Below, in pieces: positions 8,859-18,327 of a stretch of 64,000 nt of DNA. The first letter of the stretch is position 1. Each line of letters opens with the position of its first letter. The translations under genes were made by a program, and so were the position numbers. The notes beneath the pieces were generated by a model, which saw only the letters and a list, made by a program, of their open reading frames with translations, searched no databases and was not told the DNA's origin. Source of the stretch: an uncultured Sangeribacter sp. (GTDB lineage Bacteria > Bacteroidota > Bacteroidia > Bacteroidales > Muribaculaceae); the NCBI GenBank assembly GCA_964480745.1, contig CAYZQA010000002.1, positions 2,744-66,743 of the forward strand, read 5' to 3'.

Positions 8859-8993
8859 ATAATGAAAATTAATATCTGCAAGAGCCAAAATTAAAAAATT
8901 CGGCTCTCTCAAAGTTAGTATTAAGGATTTTTTGTTAAAATTTTTTAATCCTCTCTTTTCTTGGAAATTGCAGTCTGCTCCGAATAAAAGCGA

Positions 8994-9048
8994 TTTTGAT
9001 TCCACGGCGAGTTTTGATTCCACGGCGAGATTGATTAATTTCGCGGCG
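8994..9048. repeat. 18-bp direct repeat x2 plus a degenerate third unit (TTTTGATTCCACGGCGAG)
   Basis: 8994-9011 and 9012-9029 are identical, and 9030-9048 is related. The array ends 12 nt before the mscS-family ATG. Confidence 0.85.
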
Positions 9049-9060
9049 TAGAACTGACTT

Positions 9061-10311
9061 ATGACACAAGAAGTAGCTCCCGGCGTCGTGGCGACATTCT
9101 TCGCCGATGCGCGCGCCTTTCTCGAAACGCATATCAACATTCCCGGCAGCGTGGCCCTTTCTTCCCTGATCCTGTTGGTAGGGGTCGGATTGGTCGCTGT
9201 GGCCGGTTATTATGTCTCGATCGTGATTCTCCGGCTGATAGCCAAGATTGTGGAGCGGACCGAAACCGACTGGGATGACGACCTGATCAACGCGCCGATC
9301 CTGAAGGCCATATCCATGCTGACTCCGGCGATCATCCTTTCCCGGCTTTTCCCGTTCTGCTTCTCGCGGATGGGGACGTTCGCCGGAATCATCCATCTTC
9401 TAACGGACTTTTTCATCATCTGGGTATCGGTGGACGCCGCCAACACGTTCCTCGACAACCTCTTCTATGCCTTCACCAAGCGGAAGCGTTTCCGTCCCTA
9501 TGCCGTCAAGGGTATTTTCCAGATGGGGAAACTTATCTTCATCGGAATAGGGATCATAATCGGGATAAGCCTCATTGTGGAGAAATCGCCCGTGGCGATC
9601 CTAACGGCCCTCGGTGCTTCGGCGGCAATCCTGATGTTGGTGTTCAAGGACACGATCTTAGGTCTTGTCGCAGGCGTCCAGCTGACGGCCAACAAAATGC
9701 TTCATCGCGGAGACTGGGTGATAGTCCCCAAGCATAATGCCAATGGGGAAGTCCTTGACATCACGCTGACCACGGTCAAGATCCGCAACTGGGACAATTC
9801 GATAACGACCGTCCCGCCTTATTCGCTTGTCTCGGAATCGTTCCAGAACTACCAGGCCATGCGCCGCTCCGGCGCGCGCCGGGTCTGCCGCCCGGTCTAT
9901 GTCGACATGAATTCGATCCGCATGATGAAGCCCGAGGAGATTGAGGGTCTCCGGGGCGCCGGATTTTGCCCCTGGATGAAGCCCGAAGAAAGCCCTTCCG
10001 GGATGATGGCCAACCTGAGTCTTTTCCGCCGTTATCTGGAGGCTTGGATTTCCTCCTTGCCCGAGGTCCGGACCGACCTTCTGTTTATGGTGCGCCAACT
10101 CGAACCGACCGTCTCCGGCCTGCCGATCGAACTCTACTTTTTCCTCTCCGTCGTAGAATGGAAAGGCTTCGAGCATATCCAGGCCGACATTTTCGACCAT
10201 GTCTATGCCGTCGCGCCTCATTTCGGGTTGACTCTCTTCCAAAGTCCTACGGGCCGCGACCTGCTCGCCCTCCGTCCGGAGGAGGCGCTGTCTCAGATTC
10301 CGGCGCGGTAA
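9061..10311 (+). CDS. mechanosensitive ion channel (MscS family)
   Basis: Several N-terminal TM helices followed by an MscS beta-domain-like region. Confidence 0.8.
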   Translation: MTQEVAPGVVATFFADARAFLETHINIPGSVALSSLILLVGVGLVAVAGYYVSIVILRLIAKIVERTETDWDDDLINAPILKAISMLTPAIILSRLFPFCFSRMGTFAGIIHLLTDFFIIWVSVDAANTFLDNLFYAFTKRKRFRPYAVKGIFQMGKLIFIGIGIIIGISLIVEKSPVAILTALGASAAILMLVFKDTILGLVAGVQLTANKMLHRGDWVIVPKHNANGEVLDITLTTVKIRNWDNSITTVPPYSLVSESFQNYQAMRRSGARRVCRPVYVDMNSIRMMKPEEIEGLRGAGFCPWMKPEESPSGMMANLSLFRRYLEAWISSLPEVRTDLLFMVRQLEPTVSGLPIELYFFLSVVEWKGFEHIQADIFDHVYAVAPHFGLTLFQSPTGRDLLALRPEEALSQIPAR

Positions 10312-11081
10312 GCCTCCGAGATTTTCTCAAGCCATTCTGGCACAGGACCGGGAGCCGAGCTGCGGTCGATCCAGACAGGGACGACGGACACGATCCCATG
10401 GTCGAGACACCATCCATCCGTTCGGTCGTTTTCCGGTTCGAGATTCTCGAATGAACCGGTCATCCAGTAGAATTTCCCTCCGTAAGGATCTGTGTATTCC
10501 TTATATTCATCGTTCCAACGGCCCCGGCAGGGAACGGCAAGGCGCATATCGGACGGCGTCTCATGAATGTCCGGGATATTGACGTTGAGGGACATCCCTT
10601 CCGGCAGACCATACTCCAGCACGAGCGGCACGAGCGTCTCGATCGCCCGACTGCACGGAGAGAAATCAGCATCCGCGCTATGGTCGGTCAGCGAAAAACC
10701 GATGGCCGGAAGTCCGAAGACGCTGCCCTCCATGGCCGCGCCCATCGTCCCGGAATAGAGGACGTTGACCGCTGCATTCGAGCCATGGTTAATACCGGCC
10801 ACAACCAGATCGGGCATACGGTCGAGAATATAATGGACCCCCAACTTCACGCAATCCACCGGCGTACCGCTTACCTTATACATCGGCACTCCCTGATAAT
10901 CGGGAAGGCGCTTGACGCGCAGCGGACCGTTTACCGTCAAGGCCATTGACTGGCCGGAGCGGGGAGTGTCAGGGCATACGGCTACGATATCTCCGAAGGG
11001 GAGGAGCCGGTCGATCAAGGCATGTACGCCCGAAGCCATATGGCTGTCGTCGTTCGTAACGAGAATGAGTGGTCTTTTCAT
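10293..11081 (-). CDS. surE: 5'/3'-nucleotidase SurE
   Basis: ILVTNDDS and GINHGSN..YSGTMGAA signatures. Confidence 0.9.
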   Translation of the reverse strand: MKRPLILVTNDDSHMASGVHALIDRLLPFGDIVAVCPDTPRSGQSMALTVNGPLRVKRLPDYQGVPMYKVSGTPVDCVKLGVHYILDRMPDLVVAGINHGSNAAVNVLYSGTMGAAMEGSVFGLPAIGFSLTDHSADADFSPCSRAIETLVPLVLEYGLPEGMSLNVNIPDIHETPSDMRLAVPCRGRWNDEYKEYTDPYGGKFYWMTGSFENLEPENDRTDGWCLDHGIVSVVPVWIDRSSAPGPVPEWLEKISEAYRAGI

Positions 11082-11096
11082 TTTTATTCTTTGTGG

Positions 11097-12098
11097 TCAG
11101 GGTTGGAGACTTTTCTTTCTTAGCAGATAGCGGGAGAGGACGGCGTTCCGGCGCGTTCCGGGAATCTGCCGGAAGTTTGATTCTTTCGGGAAATCCCGAT
11201 ATTCCTTCGCCATCTTCCGGAAGTCGTTGTGAGCCTTGACGATCGCCTTGGCGTTCGCGAAATCCCCTTTGAGGAGAAACATCCCGAACGCGAGCGTGTC
11301 GGCCAGGCGTCGGATGAAGGTCAGACGCTTCCCTTCGCCGCGAGGAAGGTTCTTATGAAGCAGCAGGAGATTATTGCGGAAGTTGAGATATGTCTTCTTC
11401 GGATTCTCCTTCGCGAGGGAGGCTCCTCCGAGATGAAACACTTCCGACTCCGAGATTGCACATACGCGATGACCGCTCCGCAGGATGCGCCAGCAGAGGT
11501 CTATTTCCTCCTGATGGGCGAAAAAACGCGGGTCGAGTCCGCCAACGGAGAGGTAAAGCTCCCTCGGCACGGTCAGGCAGGCGCCCGATGCCCAGGCGAC
11601 ATCAACGGGAGGCGTGTCATATTGCCCGCGGTCCTCTTCGCAGACGTCAAACAGTCGTCCGCGGCAATAGGGATACCCGAGTCGGTCGAGATAGCCTCCG
11701 GCTGCTCCGGCATATTCGAAAAAGCCGGGGTTGCGGAGGCTCTTGATCTTAGGCTGGACGGCGCCGACGTCGGGATTAGCTTCCATGAAGTCAAGAATCG
11801 GCTGCCACCATCCGGGAGCGACCTTCACATCCGAATTGAGCAGGGTCACGAAGGGGTAATCGACGGCTTCAATGGCCCGGTTATAACCCTCGGCAAAACC
11901 GTAATTCCGGTCAAACTTTATGACCTTGACCTCGGGATAATTTTCCATCACCCAGGCGACGGAGTCATCCGTCGAGCCATTGTCGGCTACAATCAGGTCG
12001 GCCTCCTCGGAAACCGTCGATCGGACGGCGTCGGGAAGATAATCTTTCAGCAGTTGCAGGCCATTCCAGTTCAGGATTATGACTCCTAATTTCTTCAT
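11097..12098 (-). CDS. glycosyltransferase family 2
   Basis: VIILNWNG..VADNGSTDDS GT-A signature. Confidence 0.85.
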   Translation of the reverse strand: MKKLGVIILNWNGLQLLKDYLPDAVRSTVSEEADLIVADNGSTDDSVAWVMENYPEVKVIKFDRNYGFAEGYNRAIEAVDYPFVTLLNSDVKVAPGWWQPILDFMEANPDVGAVQPKIKSLRNPGFFEYAGAAGGYLDRLGYPYCRGRLFDVCEEDRGQYDTPPVDVAWASGACLTVPRELYLSVGGLDPRFFAHQEEIDLCWRILRSGHRVCAISESEVFHLGGASLAKENPKKTYLNFRNNLLLLHKNLPRGEGKRLTFIRRLADTLAFGMFLLKGDFANAKAIVKAHNDFRKMAKEYRDFPKESNFRQIPGTRRNAVLSRYLLRKKSLQP

Positions 12099-12104
12099 AT
12101 CGGA

Positions 12105-13406
12105 CTATCCGTTATTGGGGGAAAGATTGTCGGGAGTTAGTAGAACTTCCGTCACGCGGTTGACGAGCGAAAGGTCGAGCGGCGCCTCCACGCGAAGGTA
12201 GTTGTCGGTCAACCCATGGATCAGCTTCGCCTCTGCCGGAGGCTGCTCCCAAAGGACCTTTGCACGGCGTCCGATGTTTTGACTGATGACCTCGCGCAGC
12301 TTGCGGTTGGAAATTTCCATCAGTTCGCCGACGCGGCGATGGCGTTCCGCGGGCTCAACGCTGTCGGCAAGGCTGAGTGCTGCCGTCCCCGGTCGCTCCG
12401 AGTAGGGGAAGACATGCAGGCGGCTGATGGGGAGAGAGTCGATGAAGTTTCGCGACTTCTCCCACTCTTCCGGAGTCTCGCCCCGAGCCCCGGCAATGAC
12501 GTCGACCCCGATGAATGCGTTCGGCAATTCGGCGAGGATTTCTTCCATGCGGCGGCGGAACAGGTCGGTGTCATATCGGCGGTTCATCAGCCGCAACACG
12601 CGGTCGGACCCCGATTGGAGTGGGACGTGGAAATGAGGCATGAATGCTCTTGATTCCCGGGCCACCCAGCGGATAATCTCGGGAGTCAGCAGGTTTGGCT
12701 CGATGGATGAGATTCGGTAACGCTCGATGCCTTCAATCGCGTCGAGGGCGCGGAGCAGGTCGAGGAAGGACTCGCCGGTGTTCTTCCCGAAATCGCCCGT
12801 GTTGACTCCGGTGATGACTATTTCCTTCCCACCTTCGGCAGCTACCTCGCGGGCAATTTTCTCAATGTCGCTGATACGCCCCGAGCGCGAGCGGCCACGC
12901 GCGTAAGGGATGGTGCAGTAGGTGCAGAAATAATCGCAACCATCCTGAACCTTCAAGAAATACCGCGTCCGGTCGCCGCGCTCGCACGATGCGTCGAACT
13001 CCTTGATATCGCGGACGGGGGTGACTTCAACGGCCGGCTGACGGCTTTCCATCCATTGGTCGAGATAGGAGGCTATTTTCAGCTTTTCATTGCTTCCGAG
13101 GACGATGTCCACTCCCTCGATGGCGGCCACTTCCTCCGGCTTTAGCTGGGCGTAGCAGCCGGTGACGACCACGGTCGCCCCGGGCCATTCCCTGACAAGG
13201 CGGCGGATCAGCTGACGCCCCTTCTTGTCGGCCATTTCCGTGACGGAGCAGGTGTTGACTACGATCAGGTCCGGGCTTTCACCGGAACGGACACGCCGGA
13301 TGCCCCGTTCGGCCAGCATCTTGCCGATTGTCGATGTTTCCGAGAAATTGAGCTTGCAGCCGAGGGTGTGGAAGTCGGCCTTCAGGTCGTAATGGGGAGG
13401 GGTCAT
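12105..13406 (-). CDS. mtaB: tRNA t6A37 methylthiotransferase MtaB
   Basis: Radical-SAM CDYFCTYC plus MTTase N-domain and TRAM-like C-terminus. Confidence 0.9.
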   Translation of the reverse strand: MTPPHYDLKADFHTLGCKLNFSETSTIGKMLAERGIRRVRSGESPDLIVVNTCSVTEMADKKGRQLIRRLVREWPGATVVVTGCYAQLKPEEVAAIEGVDIVLGSNEKLKIASYLDQWMESRQPAVEVTPVRDIKEFDASCERGDRTRYFLKVQDGCDYFCTYCTIPYARGRSRSGRISDIEKIAREVAAEGGKEIVITGVNTGDFGKNTGESFLDLLRALDAIEGIERYRISSIEPNLLTPEIIRWVARESRAFMPHFHVPLQSGSDRVLRLMNRRYDTDLFRRRMEEILAELPNAFIGVDVIAGARGETPEEWEKSRNFIDSLPISRLHVFPYSERPGTAALSLADSVEPAERHRRVGELMEISNRKLREVISQNIGRRAKVLWEQPPAEAKLIHGLTDNYLRVEAPLDLSLVNRVTEVLLTPDNLSPNNG

Positions 13407-13443
13407 GGACTCTCTGTTGGGATTCAGATTGTGAATTTTTACA

Positions 13444-13451
13444 CAAAATTA
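13444..13451 (-). promoter_or_regulatory. -7 box TAATTTTG upstream of mtaB
   Basis: Exact TAnnTTTG, 38 nt before the ATG. Confidence 0.45.
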
Positions 13452-13528
13452 GTAAGAAATCAGAGAAAACCGCGCCCTCTCCGATAAAAAAGGACTCCGA
13501 AATATTGACAAGGGCGGGGAAGATTTAT

Positions 13529-13536
13529 TATCTTTG
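13529..13536 (+). promoter_or_regulatory. -7 box TATCTTTG upstream of ftsX
   Basis: Exact TAnnTTTG, 49 nt before ATG 13585. Confidence 0.45.
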
Positions 13537-13584
13537 CACGCGGAGCGCGAGGCTCTCGGCGCACGCACGCGTCGTTACAAGACT

Positions 13585-14463
13585 ATGAAACAGAACAAAG
13601 AGGTAAAGATCTCATATTGGGCGGCCCATCTCACAACGATTGTGAGCGTGTCGCTCGTGCTTATATTGCTCGGGGTGATAGCCATGATCTGGATATCGGC
13701 CGACACTGAGACCCGACGTCTTAAAGAACGGATAGAATTGAGCGTGGTGATGGCCGACAGCGTTTCGGACGCGACTGCCGGCGCGATGGCCGGGCGTCTG
13801 AAGGAGGCCCCATATGCCCGCAATGTCCACCTTGTGACGAAAGCCCAGGCTCTTGAAAACTGGAAGAAAGACACAGGCGAGGATCTCGAACAGCTTTTCG
13901 GCGTCAACCCCCTGAGCCCTGAAGTCAGTTTTTCGGTCAAGGCCGATTATGCGTCGGCCGCTTCAATCGCTAAGATAAGCAAGCAGCTGGAAGCGTTGCC
14001 CGGCGTTGAGACTGTCGCTTCCCCCGACGCGGCAATGGTCGATTCGATGAATGCAAACATCGGCAAGCTTACGCTCCTGCTGGCCGTGATTGCCGCCGTC
14101 ATGGTTGTCATCTCATTCGTCCTGATCAACAATACGGTCCATCTCTCGATCCATTCGCGGCGCTTCACAATCCACACCATGCAGCTCGTAGGGGCCACGA
14201 ACGGATTTATCCGCCGCCCGATTGTCGTCAATAACCTACTCTCCGGGCTTATTGCCGGAATCATCGCGGCCGGGATTATCGCCCTCGCGATGTTCGGGGC
14301 CAAGAGCGGCGGAGGTCTCGACGTCGCTTCATACGTCAGCTGGCCGGCTTATGGCATTGTCGCCGCTGGGCTGCTCGTCATAGGCATGTTGATATGTTCG
14401 CTGGCAGCGATGATTGCCTCAACAAAATATCTCCGCAAGGATTACGACGAGCTGTTCCGTTGA
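13585..14463 (+). CDS. ftsX: cell-division permease-like protein FtsX
   Basis: Four TM helices with a large outside loop. Start moved to ATG 13585, downstream of the TAtcTTTG box. Confidence 0.8.
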   Translation: MKQNKEVKISYWAAHLTTIVSVSLVLILLGVIAMIWISADTETRRLKERIELSVVMADSVSDATAGAMAGRLKEAPYARNVHLVTKAQALENWKKDTGEDLEQLFGVNPLSPEVSFSVKADYASAASIAKISKQLEALPGVETVASPDAAMVDSMNANIGKLTLLLAVIAAVMVVISFVLINNTVHLSIHSRRFTIHTMQLVGATNGFIRRPIVVNNLLSGLIAGIIAAGIIALAMFGAKSGGGLDVASYVSWPAYGIVAAGLLVIGMLICSLAAMIASTKYLRKDYDELFR

Positions 14464-14531
14464 TAGACCCCGTCTCATAAAATTTCAGAGCTTCCGGGGC
14501 AGTTTCGGGCTCGCAAACACATTAAACAAAC

Positions 14532-14804
14532 ATGGCAAATTTTTTCAATTTCAATAATACCGAACTGAAGAAAGTCGACGACTCGCAGCGTCCTTTCTCG
14601 AAGACCAATTTCCTGATGATGATTGGCTGCGCCGTGCTCATTATCGTAGGCTTTATCCTTATGAGTGGCGGGGCTTCGGCCACAGACGCTGAGTTTAACC
14701 CTGAAATCTTCAGCACGCGCCGGATCGTTGTCGGCCCGCTGCTGACGTTCCTCGGTTTCCTGCTGATGGCCTTTGCCATCATCTACAAGCCTCGCAAGGA
14801 ATAA
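14532..14804 (+). CDS. DUF3098 small membrane protein
   Basis: 90 aa with two TM helices. The position between ftsX and uppP is as recalled for Bacteroidota. Confidence 0.6.
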   Translation: MANFFNFNNTELKKVDDSQRPFSKTNFLMMIGCAVLIIVGFILMSGGASATDAEFNPEIFSTRRIVVGPLLTFLGFLLMAFAIIYKPRKE

Positions 14805-14861
14805 TCCTCCAGTTCGCTTTCAACCGGTTTCAATCTAAATCCTTTTTTACATATATCCGAT

Positions 14862-15692
14862 ATGGATTGGTTAGACGCCCTTATCCTCGGCATTGTCCAG
14901 GGGCTCACGGAGTATCTCCCCGTCAGCTCCAGCGGACATATCGAGATTTTTAAGCAGATTCTCGGAATCGATCTTCCCGCAGATGAGAATCTCGCCTTTT
15001 CAGTGATGGTCCATGCGGCGACCGTGCTCTCCACAATCGTTGTCCTCTGGCCTCAGTTCTCCAAGCTCTGCAAAGGCTTTTTCTCCTTCTCCGGCAACCC
15101 GGAGTTCTATTACGTCTGCAAGATTCTTGTCAGCTGCATCCCTATAGCCATTGTCGGCTTCCTGTTCAAGGATTTTGTCGAGAGCTTTTTCGGGAACGGC
15201 CTGCTCGTGGTCGGTATCTGTCTGTGCGTTACGGCCGGACTTCTCCTTTTCGCCCATCTGTCGGACAAACGGCTTGCCTCAACGGGCCGGGAGAAATTGG
15301 TTCCGGCTTCGGCGGGGCATGATGTGACATGGTGGGACGCGTTCATCATCGGTTGCGCCCAGGCCGTGGCGGTTTTGCCCGGTCTCAGCCGTTCCGGAAC
15401 AACGATCGCCACGGGTATTCTGCTCGGCGTGCGCCGCGATAAGATAGCTTCCTTCTCTTTCCTTATGGTCATCATCCCCATTCTTGGCGAGGCTCTTCTT
15501 GACTTGAAGGATATGATCGGCGGCGAGGGTACAGGCGCAATCGGCGTCCTTCCTCTTGTTATAGGTTTCGTGTCGGCCTTCATCGTTGGCTGCGGCGCCT
15601 GCAGCTGGATGATCAACCTTGTGAAACGCGGCAAGCTCGTCTGGTTCGCGCTCTATTGCGTTATCATGGGCGTCATCTGCATTCTCTGGTAA
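14862..15692 (+). CDS. uppP: undecaprenyl-diphosphate phosphatase
   Basis: BacA/UppP motifs GLTEYLPVSSSGH and SRSG. Confidence 0.9.
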   Translation: MDWLDALILGIVQGLTEYLPVSSSGHIEIFKQILGIDLPADENLAFSVMVHAATVLSTIVVLWPQFSKLCKGFFSFSGNPEFYYVCKILVSCIPIAIVGFLFKDFVESFFGNGLLVVGICLCVTAGLLLFAHLSDKRLASTGREKLVPASAGHDVTWWDAFIIGCAQAVAVLPGLSRSGTTIATGILLGVRRDKIASFSFLMVIIPILGEALLDLKDMIGGEGTGAIGVLPLVIGFVSAFIVGCGACSWMINLVKRGKLVWFALYCVIMGVICILW

Positions 15693-15697
15693 TTCCT

Positions 15698-16426
15698 ATG
15701 AAGATGGATTTCATTTCGGGGGAAGTCATAGGAATAGACAAACCCCTTGGCTGGACGTCGTTTGACGCTGTGAAACGTATTCGCGGCGCAGTCCAGCGTA
15801 AGCTTGGTGTCCGCAAATTCAAGGTCGGTCACGCGGGGACACTCGACCCGCTTGCTACAGGCGTACTGATTGTTTGCACGGGCCGGGCAACAAAGCGCAT
15901 CACGGAGTTGCAGGAGGGACGGAAGGAGTATGTGGCGGAAATGACCCTCGGCGCGACGACGCCCAGCTTCGACCTCGAGACGGAGATTGATGCCCGCTAT
16001 CCGTGGGAGCATGTGACGCCCGAACTTGTGGCTTCGATCCTTCCTGATTTCACGGGGAAAGTCATGCAGGTTCCTCCAGTTTTTTCCGCAGTCAAGATCG
16101 ATGGGAAACGGGCCTACAAGTTTGCCCGCAGCGGCAAGGAGGTGGAGCTCAAGGCAAAGCCTCTGGAGATAACGGAGATAGAACTTCTTGGACTTGAGGA
16201 AAACCGGCTGACGCTACGGATTGTATGCAGCAAGGGCACCTATATCCGGGCTCTTGCTCGCGACATCGGCCGCGCCCTCAACAGCGGGGCCCACCTTACA
16301 GCGCTCCGGCGCACGAGGGTCGGGGAAATCTCCATCGACCGCTGCCTGACTGTCGATGAGGCTGTCAAGCAGATTGCCGAATGCGAGGTTGTCTACCCGG
16401 AAGGGTTTGCCCAAGAGGGGGCTTAG
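15698..16426 (+). CDS. truB: tRNA pseudouridine(55) synthase
   Basis: GHAGTLDPLATGVL motif. Start moved to ATG 15698, just after the uppP stop. Confidence 0.9.
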   Translation: MKMDFISGEVIGIDKPLGWTSFDAVKRIRGAVQRKLGVRKFKVGHAGTLDPLATGVLIVCTGRATKRITELQEGRKEYVAEMTLGATTPSFDLETEIDARYPWEHVTPELVASILPDFTGKVMQVPPVFSAVKIDGKRAYKFARSGKEVELKAKPLEITEIELLGLEENRLTLRIVCSKGTYIRALARDIGRALNSGAHLTALRRTRVGEISIDRCLTVDEAVKQIAECEVVYPEGFAQEGA

Positions 16427-16606
16427 AACGCGTTTCTTTAAAATAGCAGTCTCCAGGGTCTATGTCCCTTCGGATAAAATAATTTGACGCTCAATACGTT
16501 TAAATAGTGGAGAACTCCGTATCCGGACCCTTTCCGGCGCTGCGGAAGATGATGAAACCAAGCCATGCCGCACGTGTGCGGCTAAGGCGAAGGAAAACTT
16601 TAATCT

Positions 16607-17659
16607 ATGAAACTGTCGCAATTCAAATTTAAATTGCCTGAAGAACGCATCGCGCAGTATCCCTCGGAAAACCGCGATGAATGCCGGCTGATGGTGGTCA
16701 ATGCGAAGACCGGAGAGATCAGCCACCATATTTTCAAGGATATTATCAACTTCTTCGATGAAGGGGATGTCATGGTGTTCAACGACACATGTGTGTTCCC
16801 CGCGCGCCTTTATGGCAATAAGGAGAAGACTGGCGCATGCATTGAGGTGTTCCTGCTTCGGGAGCTCAATGAGGAAAACCGTCTTTGGGATGTCCTCGTA
16901 GAGCCTGCCCGCAAGATCAGGATTGGCAACAAGCTCTATTTCGGGGAGGATGATTCGCTCGTGGCCGAGGTCATTGACAATACGACTTCGCGCGGACGGA
17001 CACTCCGTTTCCTCTTTGACGGGGAGCACGACGAGTTCAAGGAGGCGCTGTATGCCCTTGGGGAGACGCCGCTTCCGGAGTATATCAAGCGTAAGCCGAA
17101 CGAGACCGACAAGGAACGATATCAGTGTATCTTCGCCTCGAAAGAGGGGGCTGTGATGGCTCCTGCGGCCGGAACCCATTTCAGCCGTGAACTTATGAAG
17201 CGTCTTGAGATTAAGGGGGTCGAATGCGGCTTCCTGACTCTCCATTCCGGACGTGGAAATTTCAAGGAGATTGATGTCGAGGATCTTACGAAACACCGTA
17301 TGGATTCCGAAGAGATGTATGTCTCGACGGAGTTGGTAGAGATGGTCAATACGGCCAAGGATGCCGGCAAGCAGGTTTGCGCGGTCGGTACGTCTGTCCT
17401 CCGCGGTATGGCTCAGGCAGTCTGCATGAATGGCCATATCATGGAGTTTGAAGGCTGGACGAATAAGTTTATCTTCCCTCCCTATGTGTTCACGGTATGC
17501 AATGCGATGGTGTCCAACTTCCATTTGCCTTATTCCACCATGTTGATGATGGTTGCGGCTTTCGGAGGCTACGAGACGGTGATGAAGGCTTATGAAATCG
17601 CGGTCAAGGAGAAATATAATTTCGGGGCGTATGGCGATGCAATGCTGATCCTTCGCTGA
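16607..17659 (+). CDS. queA: S-adenosylmethionine:tRNA ribosyltransferase-isomerase
   Basis: Full-length QueA-like sequence. Confidence 0.95.
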   Translation: MKLSQFKFKLPEERIAQYPSENRDECRLMVVNAKTGEISHHIFKDIINFFDEGDVMVFNDTCVFPARLYGNKEKTGACIEVFLLRELNEENRLWDVLVEPARKIRIGNKLYFGEDDSLVAEVIDNTTSRGRTLRFLFDGEHDEFKEALYALGETPLPEYIKRKPNETDKERYQCIFASKEGAVMAPAAGTHFSRELMKRLEIKGVECGFLTLHSGRGNFKEIDVEDLTKHRMDSEEMYVSTELVEMVNTAKDAGKQVCAVGTSVLRGMAQAVCMNGHIMEFEGWTNKFIFPPYVFTVCNAMVSNFHLPYSTMLMMVAAFGGYETVMKAYEIAVKEKYNFGAYGDAMLILR

Positions 17660-17683
17660 GCAATCCTAATAAGAAGCATATCC

Positions 17684-17729
17684 AATAACAAGACAGGTGT
17701 CCGCTCCGGCAGACACCTGCCTTGTTATT
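17684..17729. terminator. bidirectional hairpin between queA and the DUF4492 gene
   Basis: 18-nt arms (17 of 18 paired) with flanking A and T tracts. Overlaps the DUF4492 stop. Confidence 0.7.
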
Positions 17730-17979
17730 TTCGGGGGGAGGTTAGGGCCGAACGGACGGCTTCGGCGCGATCGGCATCGTTGTCGTAGTTGGTTTTCAAG
17801 AAATTGGGAAAGAAAAAGAGCTTTATGACAAGGAAAAAGATTATCAATTTGAATATTATCATTGCCCAGAGATACTTTCCGACAGTCATATTGCGGAATC
17901 CCTCAATATAAAAATAGAAAATCCTCATTGGCAGCGAACGTCTTTTCTCCGGCCGCAATCCTACCTCTTCTGTTGCCAT
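17725..17979 (-). CDS. DUF4492-like small membrane protein
   Basis: One or two TM helices. The family normally precedes cydAB in Bacteroidota. ATG 17979 is preferred over the track start at 18036. Confidence 0.5.
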   Translation of the reverse strand: MATEEVGLRPEKRRSLPMRIFYFYIEGFRNMTVGKYLWAMIIFKLIIFFLVIKLFFFPNFLKTNYDNDADRAEAVRSALTSPRK

Positions 17980-18245
17980 ATCATTAATAGGTTGTGTTAC
18001 GTTTGCTAAGTTACAATGAAATCTGTAAACTTCCAAGACAGAGGAGGCTTTCTATCTATTAAGACCCCGTCTCATATGGATTCATTAGAAGCGAAGTGTT
18101 TTGGTTAGCCAATAGCGCAGTTTTCTAACATTATGCCACTCTTCCCTATTCCGGGGGATGCAGAGGAGAATATGGGGAGAGAAGAAAAGATAGAAAGAAT
18201 ATTAAAATATGCGTAAAAATGGGCTTAATACGGCTATAACATCCT

Positions 18246-18315
18246 AAAAATAAAAAGATTAATTGTCTCCCGACAATTAATCCTCTAACCTTAAATCTAA
18301 TACCATGAAAAACAC
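18246..18315 (-). ncRNA. candidate small RNA, family copy A (~70 nt)
   Basis: A TAATTTTG box lies 6 nt before the core GTTTTTCATGGTATTAGATTTAAGGTTA. A perfect 11-bp hairpin (18257-18282) is followed by TTTTTATTTTT. No ORF. Ends are approximate. Confidence 0.55.
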
Positions 18316-18319
18316 GTGG

Positions 18320-18327
18320 CAAAATTA
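18320..18327 (-). promoter_or_regulatory. Bacteroidota -7 box TAATTTTG (sRNA copy A)
   Basis: Exact TAnnTTTG, 6 nt upstream of the conserved core. Confidence 0.55.

Noticed and set aside
8700-8894. 64-aa plus-strand ORF in the murF-alr / mscS intergenic region
   Set aside because: It has no motif and no promoter box. It lies antisense to the better-supported promoter-to-terminator unit and is probably spurious, though I cannot exclude it.
16567-16582. Palindrome GCCGCAC-GT-GTGCGGC 25 nt upstream of queA as a riboswitch or operator
   Set aside because: A 2-nt loop cannot form an RNA hairpin. There is no resemblance to preQ1 riboswitch consensus and only a single occurrence, so the evidence is too weak to report.
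16460-17524. 354-aa minus-strand ORF. The same reasoning covers the ORFs at 31093-32010 (+), 11229-12089 (+), 58663-59466 (-), 61520-62320 (-), 2341-3036 (-) and 40500-41054 (-).
   Set aside because: All are antisense shadows of confidently identified genes (queA, cysS, GT2, pseI/pseB, pseF, nnr, MBL hydrolase) and have no motifs of their own.
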